Virus record (IMG/VR): IMGVR_UViG_3300031647_000041
Location: 1-29,851 of that record
Origin: a virus
Taxonomy: Duplodnaviria; Caudoviricetes
Length of the DNA stretch: 29,851 nucleotides
Direction: 5' to 3' (one strand)
Part shown: piece by piece, positions 8,808 to 17,541 of the stretch
How the letters are laid out: each line of letters begins with the position of its first letter
Position numbering within the stretch: position 1 is the stretch's first letter
Translations under genes and position numbers: made by a program
Notes under the pieces: model-generated
The model's input: only the letters and a program-made list of their open reading frames with translations
The model's database searches: none
Told to the model about the DNA's origin: nothing

Positions 8808-11800
8808 ATGGCTGAAGTTAAAAATGCTTTTATAAAGTCCAAGATGAATAAAGACCTGGATGACAGGTTGATACCATCTGGAGAGTATCGCGATGCACAG
8901 AATATTCAGATAAGTAGATCAGAAGGTTCAGATGTAGGAGCATTAGAGAACGTATTAGGTAATAAAGAAATATTATTTTCTTCTGCACAGTCAAGTTTTT
9001 CTACACTTGTAGGAGCACCTAATATAAAATGCATTGGTCAATTTGTAGACGAAAACAATACAACTATATATAGCTTTTGGACTGACAATTTTGACACCCA
9101 AGCTAGTAGTAGAATAATATATAATTCCGCGGCTAAAAACTATATACTTGCTTACAGCACAAACGGTAGTGATAACTACAAGGTATTAGTGGAAGGTGCT
9201 TTTTTAAATTTCTCTCAAACAAATCCTATAATAGGTGTTAACGTGATAGAAGGTCTTTTGTTTTGGACAGATGATAGAAATCAACCAAGAAAAATAAATG
9301 TTAACTTAGCTAATCCATCTTCAAACCCTTCAAACACTTATGCTGTACCAACTTATTATACAGTAGAAGATTCTATATCTGTATCTAAATACAACCCATA
9401 CGAACCAATACAAGTTTTAAATGTTAGTTCTTTAGCAGCAGCAGACGTTGCAACGGCCAATGTTAACGGTGCTGTTGATAATTCAAAAACTATTGTAATT
9501 GATGGTATCACTGGAACAATTGCTTTAGGGTTAGGTGTGTCAGGAACAGATGTAAAAAGTGGAACTATAGTAAATAAAATAAATAGTGCAACTAGTTTTA
9601 ACACTAACAAAGCTAATACTATTGCTAATGATACTATTTTAACACTAAGAGGTTTAGAAACTACAATGTATGATGTTAGCTCTGCTAAACTACCAGATGG
9701 AACTACAGATAATCCTTACGAACAAGCTGATTATGGTGGTGATCCACAGTTTTTAGAAGATAAATTTATAAGATTTAGTTATAGATTTAGATTTGATGAT
9801 GGTGAATATTCTATATTTGCACCATTTACACAGCCAATGTTTATTCCTAAACAAGATGGTTATTTTCAAGGCGACGATGAAAAGCTTGCTTATGAAAGTA
9901 CTATTGTAGAATTTATGGAAAACAAAGTAACTAAAATAGACTTGTTAATACCTCTTCCCTCTACAAGACTAGCTTTACAAACAATAAATACATCTGCATT
10001 TAAAATTCTTGAAATTGATATTCTATATAAAGAATCTGATGGGCAAGCTATAAGAGTTGTAGATACTGTTAAGGTAGAAAACCAAGCCCCTTGGAGCGAC
10101 AGCCCTGCTGATAATGTATTTATTTATTCTTACGAATCTACAAAACCTTATAAAACTTTACCTACAGCTGATTTAATTAGAGTATACGATAGAGTTCCTG
10201 TTAGAGCTAAAGCTCAAGAGCTTGTTAGCAATAGAATAGTTTATGGAAACTTTCAAGACAAGCATACGCCACCTGCGGCTTTAGATTATCAAGTAGGTGT
10301 TTCAGATAAGTCAGCAGATAATGTAGCCACCGGTAGTCAAACTAGAACTGAATATCCTAACCATACTGTAAAACAAAATCGTAATTATCAAGTTGGTATT
10401 GTTTTATCAGATAAATTTGGTAGACAATCATCCACTATCTTATCTAATAGTACAGCGCCTTTAGCTTTAAATCAATTTGGTGCTGACACTGTTTATAGTC
10501 CTTACAGGTGTGATCCTACAGTGGCGGGTTGTGGAGATTCAACTGCTCCAACTTGGCCAGGCGATTCTTTAAAAGTATTGTTTAATGAAACAATAAACAG
10601 TAACTCACCTGCTGTAGCTAATAGAAGTTTAGGTACACCAGGGCTTTATAATGGAGATACAGCAAACGCTGCTTACAATCCTTTAGGTTGGTTTTCCTAT
10701 AAAATAGTAGTTAAGCAACAAGAGCAAGAATATTACAACGTGTACTTACCGGGTATTATGAAAGGTAATCCTGACGGTACTGAGACCGGAGGTCAATTAT
10801 CTAATATAGTTTTAATAAATGATAATATAAATAAAGTTCCTAGAGATCTTACAGAGGTAGGTCCTCAGCAACAACAGTTTAGAAGTTCAGTTCAATTGTT
10901 TGGTAGAGTTCAAAACGATACTGTAGCTACATCGGTAACTGGAAATGAACAAGTTTTTCCAGGTAGATTATCCGACACAGTAAGTACAATATCTGTAGTA
11001 AGACAGTTGTTTGATGTTGCAATTCCAATTGTTCCTGCTGTACCTATATTTGGTTTTTATAATGCTAAATCAAATCCTTTGATTGGTCAAGTAATAACTA
11101 GCCAAGCTCTTGGTATGGTTAACACTATAGCGTCAGGTTCTTACCCTGTATTAGAAAACTTAGCGGTTGTTGAAACAGAACCCGATGTATCTAGATTAGA
11201 TATTTACTGGGAAACTTCTACAGCTGGATTAGTTAGTGAATTAAATACAGCGGTGGCAACTGATACAGGAGGAGCTCAAGCAACCTCAGGGTTTACACTT
11301 GCTTTAAATGAAGGTATGGTTACAGATACAGCAGTTGCCGGACCTTTTTTTGGTATAGATGTTATAGGAGCTAGGCTAAGTAATGCAAGAATAAAGACTG
11401 CTTATGCTGACAACGAATGGTCTGTAACAAATGGAGCTGGTACAGATGTAACCGCAAGCTTTGTTTTAATAGAGACAGGTGATGGAACTGCTGGCTCAAA
11501 ATTTGGATATACTTTAAAAACTGTTGGTACTTTTTATTATGGTCTTAATGCTGCAACTACAGGAAATTTTTCTTTTAGTTTTACTTATAGACTATGGAAC
11601 ACTGCATCAACTCCACCAGCTTACTTTGATAATGCTTTTACAATACCACCGGTAATGTCTGGTTTATTAGGAAACGAACCACCAACTATAACTGGAACGT
11701 GCCCTAGATCTATACAAGTAACCACTGATGATTTGCCTACAATAGCAACATTGGTTGGTAAAAACGGATCCGCAGACACATCTAGAGATACAGATGATTT

Positions 11801-12968
11801 AACCTGGACAATTACGTCTCAATCACAAAACGGTAGCGCTGTAAGCATTTTTACAATGACTACTACAAATAATCAAGGCGTTATAACTGCATCCACTGGA
11901 GCAGCGGCTTATATTGTTGTGGCTAGAGTAACTGACGCAGGTGGTAAAACAACCGACTGTACTTTAAACATAACAATAGGTCAACCAGAAGTTCCTAGTA
12001 GATTTAAAATACCTTTTATAGCACCATTATTTGATGGTGATGGAACTAGGTATTATTTTGCAAATAATTACACTAACTTAGATCAAATAACAAGTGCTAT
12101 TTCTCAGTCTTTTGCTTGGATAACACCAAGTATAAATCCTTTAGTAAGCCCTGCCACGTCTAATTCAACAGACTATTGCAGTGTGCCAGGTCCCGGTTCT
12201 CCTGGTAATGGAAATTATGTATTTTTAAGAGAAAAAATATCTGCTGGTTTAGGCGCAGGTGAGGGAGCTTTCTATGTGCAGTTTTTTGCTAACGCACCAG
12301 CAACAACACCATCAACTACATCACAAACCTTTAATCCTGTTTCAGCGGTGGTAGAGTATAGAGTAAATTCTTCAGCTAACTGGATTATTGCTCAGACGGT
12401 TGATAATAGTTTACTTCAAACAAGTAATAATATTTCTAATACTAAAGCACAATACAATGGTGCGGTTTCGGGTGTGCCAACAGGAGAAGGAGGACTTACT
12501 GGTATAGGTGGAAACAATAATGAAATGACTTTATCCGGCACAACAGGTGGAACATCTGGTGTTAAGAGAGTATTTGCTTTTGATATACCAGGTGAATATA
12601 GAATAACAATGGGTGCTTTAAACGGGCAGGTTTGTAACTACGCAGATTGTACGCTTACAAAAAACATGTCTGCATCTCAAGGTTTTACAACTGGTGATTA
12701 CAGTTATGCTGGTGGTGTAAGTACGCCGCAGCAATATCAATACAATGTAGGTGGAACTACATATTATGCTAAAGAACATATAACTAAATATGTAACTCAA
12801 TTTTATACAGACTTGGCTTTAACTACAAAAGCTACTATTACTGCAGGAAATTATAATTTCTTTAGACCTAATGTTAACTGGGAGTATACTAAAAATGGAT
12901 CATACACTGCAGACTTTAGTTCATCTGCAAAAAGAACTTCAGTGTCCGCTTTAGTTACATATCCATAG
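8808..12968 (+). CDS. Tail nozzle/stabilisation protein, N-terminal part, with a C-terminal beta-rich (Ig-like/adhesin-like) extension
   Basis: 1386 aa; KMNKDLDDRL..GEYRDAQNI start, LLFWTDDRNQPRKIN, IRFSYRFRFDDGEYS and RIVYGNF motifs recalled from crAss-like stabilisation proteins; last ~560 aa T/S/G-rich. Confidence 0.65.
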   Translation: MAEVKNAFIKSKMNKDLDDRLIPSGEYRDAQNIQISRSEGSDVGALENVLGNKEILFSSAQSSFSTLVGAPNIKCIGQFVDENNTTIYSFWTDNFDTQASSRIIYNSAAKNYILAYSTNGSDNYKVLVEGAFLNFSQTNPIIGVNVIEGLLFWTDDRNQPRKINVNLANPSSNPSNTYAVPTYYTVEDSISVSKYNPYEPIQVLNVSSLAAADVATANVNGAVDNSKTIVIDGITGTIALGLGVSGTDVKSGTIVNKINSATSFNTNKANTIANDTILTLRGLETTMYDVSSAKLPDGTTDNPYEQADYGGDPQFLEDKFIRFSYRFRFDDGEYSIFAPFTQPMFIPKQDGYFQGDDEKLAYESTIVEFMENKVTKIDLLIPLPSTRLALQTINTSAFKILEIDILYKESDGQAIRVVDTVKVENQAPWSDSPADNVFIYSYESTKPYKTLPTADLIRVYDRVPVRAKAQELVSNRIVYGNFQDKHTPPAALDYQVGVSDKSADNVATGSQTRTEYPNHTVKQNRNYQVGIVLSDKFGRQSSTILSNSTAPLALNQFGADTVYSPYRCDPTVAGCGDSTAPTWPGDSLKVLFNETINSNSPAVANRSLGTPGLYNGDTANAAYNPLGWFSYKIVVKQQEQEYYNVYLPGIMKGNPDGTETGGQLSNIVLINDNINKVPRDLTEVGPQQQQFRSSVQLFGRVQNDTVATSVTGNEQVFPGRLSDTVSTISVVRQLFDVAIPIVPAVPIFGFYNAKSNPLIGQVITSQALGMVNTIASGSYPVLENLAVVETEPDVSRLDIYWETSTAGLVSELNTAVATDTGGAQATSGFTLALNEGMVTDTAVAGPFFGIDVIGARLSNARIKTAYADNEWSVTNGAGTDVTASFVLIETGDGTAGSKFGYTLKTVGTFYYGLNAATTGNFSFSFTYRLWNTASTPPAYFDNAFTIPPVMSGLLGNEPPTITGTCPRSIQVTTDDLPTIATLVGKNGSADTSRDTDDLTWTITSQSQNGSAVSIFTMTTTNNQGVITASTGAAAYIVVARVTDAGGKTTDCTLNITIGQPEVPSRFKIPFIAPLFDGDGTRYYFANNYTNLDQITSAISQSFAWITPSINPLVSPATSNSTDYCSVPGPGSPGNGNYVFLREKISAGLGAGEGAFYVQFFANAPATTPSTTSQTFNPVSAVVEYRVNSSANWIIAQTVDNSLLQTSNNISNTKAQYNGAVSGVPTGEGGLTGIGGNNNEMTLSGTTGGTSGVKRVFAFDIPGEYRITMGALNGQVCNYADCTLTKNMSASQGFTTGDYSYAGGVSTPQQYQYNVGGTTYYAKEHITKYVTQFYTDLALTTKATITAGNYNFFRPNVNWEYTKNGSYTADFSSSAKRTSVSALVTYP

Positions 12969-12998
12969 TAATAAAATAAATAAATAAGTGATAATAAT

Positions 12999-14486
12999 AT
13001 GGGAGCTATTATAGAGGTAAAATACTTTAATTCTTTTCTTTTGAAAAAGACTTACAACAAAGCAGTTGGTATTGCAGCGCCTAAATGGAATGGATCATTT
13101 GGTGTTCCGTTAGGTGTAGCAGGTCATTACCCTGTTTTTACAGCAAGCGACACTGAAGCTACGGATAGTTGGGCTATAGAAGAATCTAGAATAAGAGGTG
13201 GATACAACAATACAAACATAGACTACGGAGTAAAAGCTTATTTAGTAGAAGATGAACCTAATTCTTCTATAAGATTTAATTCTATGATTTATTCTGGAAT
13301 TTTTAATTCAAGAACTGGTATAAACAATACTAATGAATTCTCTGTAGGTACAGATATAACTAAATCAACAGATCCTATCAATGGATCTATACAAAAACTA
13401 TATGCTGAAGATACGGCGTTACTTATATTTCAACAAGACAAAGTTAGTAGAGCTCCAATAGATAAAGATGTTATATACAATGCTGAAGGTGGTGGGAGTT
13501 TAACCGCATCTAATATGGTTATAGGTGATATAATACCTTATGCAGGTGAATATGGAATGAGTAATAATCCTGAAAGCTTTGCCGTATATGGGTACAGAAA
13601 ATACTTTACAGATAAAAATAGAAATGCTGTTTTAAGACTGTCTAGAGATGGTATAACAGAAATCTCTCAATATGGTATGATTGATTACTTTAGAGATCAA
13701 TTTGGTACCTTAAACACACCTACGTTTGGTAAAGGAAAAGCAATAGGAGCTTATGACATATACAACAAACAATATGTATTATCTTTACAACAAAGTCCTG
13801 TCGCTGACAATGGAGATATTAATCCAAGTCCGTTAACAGCTACAATAACTTTTGATGAAAGAGTTTTGGGTTGGACTAGTTTTTTCTCTTACACACCAGA
13901 TCAAACTCTTAGTTTACAAAACAATTACTACAGTTTTAAAACTCTTCCTGTTACTAATGCAGCAGGTGAAATTACAGGTTATACAAACGGTGGATTTTAT
14001 CAACACTACGATATTTCTCAAAATAGAAATACATTTTATTCTACAGCCTATGACTCGTCTATAAAGTTTGTATTTAATCCCGCGGTAAGTGCATCTAAAG
14101 TATTTAAAACAGTTAACTACGAAGGTGGAAATGGATGGGAGATAAGTAAATTTGAAGCTGCAAGATCTTTTGAACTAGTTGATTCATGTAAACCAGTGTT
14201 AAGCTATAATGACGGTGCTTATGATTCTGCTACACCACCTAAGACAGGTGCAGCGGCAACAACACAACCAATATTTTATGCAGGCTTTGTTAAAAAAGAA
14301 GGCAAATATTTTGCTAACTTAATTAACTCAAGTTCTGCAACGGCAGGTGAAATTATCTTTGGTGCATCAATGACTGGTGTTAAAGGTTATTTTGCAACTG
14401 TCACAATAGAATCAGACACAACATCTAGGATTAAACCTATGGAGTTGTTTGCTGTTTCATCTGACTACGTAGAGTCATCATATTAA
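12999..14486 (+). CDS. Tail nozzle/stabilisation protein, C-terminal part
   Basis: 495 aa; GSIQKL, YAGEYGMSNNPESFA, YFTDKNRNAVLRLSRDG, GWTSFFSY, KVFKTVNYEG and KKEGKYFA beta-propeller-type motifs. Confidence 0.65.
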   Translation: MGAIIEVKYFNSFLLKKTYNKAVGIAAPKWNGSFGVPLGVAGHYPVFTASDTEATDSWAIEESRIRGGYNNTNIDYGVKAYLVEDEPNSSIRFNSMIYSGIFNSRTGINNTNEFSVGTDITKSTDPINGSIQKLYAEDTALLIFQQDKVSRAPIDKDVIYNAEGGGSLTASNMVIGDIIPYAGEYGMSNNPESFAVYGYRKYFTDKNRNAVLRLSRDGITEISQYGMIDYFRDQFGTLNTPTFGKGKAIGAYDIYNKQYVLSLQQSPVADNGDINPSPLTATITFDERVLGWTSFFSYTPDQTLSLQNNYYSFKTLPVTNAAGEITGYTNGGFYQHYDISQNRNTFYSTAYDSSIKFVFNPAVSASKVFKTVNYEGGNGWEISKFEAARSFELVDSCKPVLSYNDGAYDSATPPKTGAAATTQPIFYAGFVKKEGKYFANLINSSSATAGEIIFGASMTGVKGYFATVTIESDTTSRIKPMELFAVSSDYVESSY

Positions 14487-14496
14487 ATCAAATCAA

Positions 14497-14898
14497 ATGA
14501 ATACAAGAACATTAATGGAGTCTGATTACAAGATCTTATCAGACTGGTGGATAGCGTGGAGCTGGCCTGTAATGGCAAAAGACATGCTGCCCGACAACGG
14601 AACAGGAGGTATAATGGTAGAACATGAAGGTGAAAATATAGTAGCCGGATTTTTATATTGGAGTAACTCAAAACTAGTATGGCTAGACTGGATTATATCA
14701 AATCCTAAAAGTGATAAAGATATAAGACAAGAGGCAATTAAAAAACTAATACTAACAGCAGAATCTATGACTAAAAAGGCTGGTAGTAAATACATGATGT
14801 CAATAAGTAGAAGCAATAGCTTATTAAAAATACACGAACAAATGGGTTGGACTATAGACAAAACTCCTTCTCATGAAATGATAAAAATTATAATTTAA
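14497..14898 (+). CDS. GNAT-fold acetyltransferase-like protein (positional analogue of T7 gp13)
   Basis: 133 aa; pattern R..D....W...GIMVE..IVAGFLY...WLDWIISNP...R..AIKKLI...AG.....GW fits GNAT topology; between nozzle and internal-protein genes. Confidence 0.6.
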   Translation: MNTRTLMESDYKILSDWWIAWSWPVMAKDMLPDNGTGGIMVEHEGENIVAGFLYWSNSKLVWLDWIISNPKSDKDIRQEAIKKLILTAESMTKKAGSKYMMSISRSNSLLKIHEQMGWTIDKTPSHEMIKIII

Positions 14899-14909
14899 AA
14901 TTAAAGCAT

Positions 14910-15686
14910 ATGGCAGTAATATCAGCAACCGCGTTAACAATTGGAGCAGTATCAGCTGGAGTAGGTGTAGCAGCTACAGTTGTAGGTGGTGCAATACAAT
15001 CTGGACAAGAGCATAAAGCAATGGTTAATGCAAGAAATGCAAAAGAAGTTGCAGCGGCTAAAGTTAAATCACTTCAAGACGGTAGACAAGATATAATAAA
15101 CCCTTATGCAGGTACTTCATCGCTTTCAGATATGGCTAGTGATTTAACCGGGATGATGAGTAATCCTTTTGAAAGCTTAGGTGTTGCTACACAAGCCGCT
15201 GAAATACAAGCGGAAGAAGCAGATATATCTTTAGCTAATACTTTGGACATGTTGAGATCAACTGGTGCAAGTGCTGGTGGTGCAACTGCTTTAGCTCAAG
15301 CCGCATTACAAAGTAAAAAAGGGGTTTCATCTAGTATAGAACAACAAGAAGCACAGAACGAAGTAAGAAGAGCTCAAGGTGAATCCTCATTAATGGAGGC
15401 TAAAGTAGGTGAGCAAAGAAGGTTACAAGGAATAGCTATATCAGAAGGACAAAGAGAACAAGCCGCTGATGCTCAAGGTAAATTATTTGAATTTAATGCT
15501 CAAGAAGATAGAGACAATTCAGATATTAGTTATAATATAGCTAAAGAAACTGGAGGTGCTCAAAGAGAAGCTGCAGCAAGATCACGTAGAGACAATGCTA
15601 CAGCCGGTATATTTACAGGTGTAGGTCAAGTTGCAAGTGGAATAGCTTCAACTGCACTTACAGCTGGATTATCGCCGGGAAAGTAG
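14910..15686 (+). CDS. Putative ejected internal virion protein (small, T7 gp14-like position)
   Basis: 258 aa; A/G-rich hydrophobic N- and C-termini flanking A/Q-rich helices. Confidence 0.6.
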   Translation: MAVISATALTIGAVSAGVGVAATVVGGAIQSGQEHKAMVNARNAKEVAAAKVKSLQDGRQDIINPYAGTSSLSDMASDLTGMMSNPFESLGVATQAAEIQAEEADISLANTLDMLRSTGASAGGATALAQAALQSKKGVSSSIEQQEAQNEVRRAQGESSLMEAKVGEQRRLQGIAISEGQREQAADAQGKLFEFNAQEDRDNSDISYNIAKETGGAQREAAARSRRDNATAGIFTGVGQVASGIASTALTAGLSPGK

Positions 15687-15775
15687 CAGGCAGTGGTGCC
15701 GTAAACACTCCAACACCAACTTATTCGAATTCTGAATTATCAGACATTTTTAAAGTAGTAAATCCAATAGGATAA
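15677..15775 (+). other. Candidate -1 ribosomal frameshift site G_GGA_AAG and 30-aa extension
   Basis: In-frame heptamer 15677-15683 immediately before TAG; hairpin GGCA-GTGG-TGCC at 15689-15700; -1 frame open to TAA 15773-15775. Confidence 0.6.
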
Positions 15776-15789
15776 TAAAAAATATAAAT

Positions 15790-17538
15790 ATGGGATACTC
15801 AATACCAGGAGCAGATTTTACAACACCTGCACAGTTACAAACAAACGTTGGAGCCGAAACAGGACGAACCGTAGGAGGAATGCTTGCTCAATTTGGTAAG
15901 CAATTACAGTTGGCTAATGTACAAGCTAAAAAAACAGAAGCTTTACAGGGTCAAATGGAAGATAGCATAATGGTAACCAATAGTAAAATTACTAATACAG
16001 CTCTTGCAGCAGGAAAAGAAAAGTTTGGTAATAATAATGTTTTGTATGATGAATGGAAGGAAGAGGTTCTCAAAAGAGGTGCTCAAGCTACTCAAGATCA
16101 AATAGATTTTCGTTTTGGTGGATTAACCGGTGAGGCAAAAGCAGCAAAGCTAGCAAGTGCTAATGGTTTTGACACTTGGCTGGATGAAAGTCAAAAAAAT
16201 ATGGGTAGACTTTTAACTGATGTCATGGGTAGAGCTGAAGCTGGCACAAGAATAATAGGTGATCCAACTAATAGTGAGCAACAATTGAATCAAATTATTT
16301 TAAGTGCTAATGGAGGGGAAAGTGCTGTGGCTAATTTTGGAGAAGGTGCAACAATGACTAGATCATTAAGTGGTGACAATAAAGAAATCGTTAATACTCT
16401 TGTTAGAATACCTGTTAATTCAGAAACCTTAACAACATTAAATAGTAAAAGTGGTGGAACAGCAATAAGTGTTTATGAAAAAGGCGTAGAAGAAGGTATA
16501 ATAAAGAAAAACGTAGGTGAAGATGGTATGTATTATTATGAATTTGAAAAACAAATAGATACAAGTTCTTATTCTAGACCAGGAGGAGCTGATTTTGTTA
16601 TAGAAAACGAAGTAGCAATAGATTCTGGTCAAACTTTTCAAGATTTAGGTTATTTAGATAAAAACATGATTTTAAAGCCATCCATGTATGCCACTGTAGG
16701 TGGAGGTGAACTTACAGAGGACGGTGCGGACGTAGATGCTCCTAAAGGTGAGCCTGCTTCATTTACTTCAAACTCTACTAAAGGTGCTGCACCAGGATAT
16801 ACAAAAACAACTACTTCAAAAATTATTGGCATTAATAAAATGTATAATAGTCCAGCTTTAGCAGTACAAGTAAATGCTGCAACTGACGGTATATTATTAA
16901 GTTCAAGAAAAACAGATGCTAAAATAGCTAGTTTTGCTGCCTATGGAGTTGTTAGTTTAGATGATTTTCCTGATATGAAAAAGGAGCATGGTTCTTTAAG
17001 AAATTTTTTACAATCAGGTGATAAAGATAAAGTAAAAGCTTTTACAAAAAGAACGATTCAAGAAACTATGTTTAAAGATTTATTTAATAAAACTGATAAC
17101 AGAGGTGATAGAGTTTATTCACAAACAGAATTGAAAGATCCAAAGCTTCTTAAATATTTAAATGATAATAATATTATGAATTCAGTTGGTCAACCCTATG
17201 CAATGGGTGAAACTGTTTATAGTAAAAATGAAGTAAAAGAAACAAAAATTCTTGACGAAAAAGGATTAAGTTTTAATCAAAATTTATACAAAAATCTTAA
17301 AGCTGGTGGAGACAATTTAGCAGCATTGTTCCAAACTCCAGTGCAAATGCCTGGAGCAGGTAATTCTCAAGTAATGTTTTTCCCAGCAAGTGGAGATGGA
17401 AAAGGTAATAATTCAGCTGGTGTTTACAGGATAGCAACACAAGGTATAGATAAAGGTCAAAAAGCAGATGGGGCTAGCAACTTAAGTCCAAATGAAGATT
17501 TTACAAATTTAACATTTCAGTTTAAAAATCAAAAATAA
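15790..17538 (+). CDS. Putative ejected internal virion protein (medium)
   Basis: 582 aa, helical N-terminus, between the small and giant internal-protein genes; no catalytic motif recognised. Confidence 0.5.
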   Translation: MGYSIPGADFTTPAQLQTNVGAETGRTVGGMLAQFGKQLQLANVQAKKTEALQGQMEDSIMVTNSKITNTALAAGKEKFGNNNVLYDEWKEEVLKRGAQATQDQIDFRFGGLTGEAKAAKLASANGFDTWLDESQKNMGRLLTDVMGRAEAGTRIIGDPTNSEQQLNQIILSANGGESAVANFGEGATMTRSLSGDNKEIVNTLVRIPVNSETLTTLNSKSGGTAISVYEKGVEEGIIKKNVGEDGMYYYEFEKQIDTSSYSRPGGADFVIENEVAIDSGQTFQDLGYLDKNMILKPSMYATVGGGELTEDGADVDAPKGEPASFTSNSTKGAAPGYTKTTTSKIIGINKMYNSPALAVQVNAATDGILLSSRKTDAKIASFAAYGVVSLDDFPDMKKEHGSLRNFLQSGDKDKVKAFTKRTIQETMFKDLFNKTDNRGDRVYSQTELKDPKLLKYLNDNNIMNSVGQPYAMGETVYSKNEVKETKILDEKGLSFNQNLYKNLKAGGDNLAALFQTPVQMPGAGNSQVMFFPASGDGKGNNSAGVYRIATQGIDKGQKADGASNLSPNEDFTNLTFQFKNQK

Positions 17539-17541
17539 AAT

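Noticed and set aside
12966-12998. Stop-codon reassignment or readthrough (TAG), as in some crAss-like phages
   Set aside because: Genes are intact under the standard code. TAG at 12966 is followed by TAA TAA, and readthrough of TAG at 15684 would add only about 6 residues.
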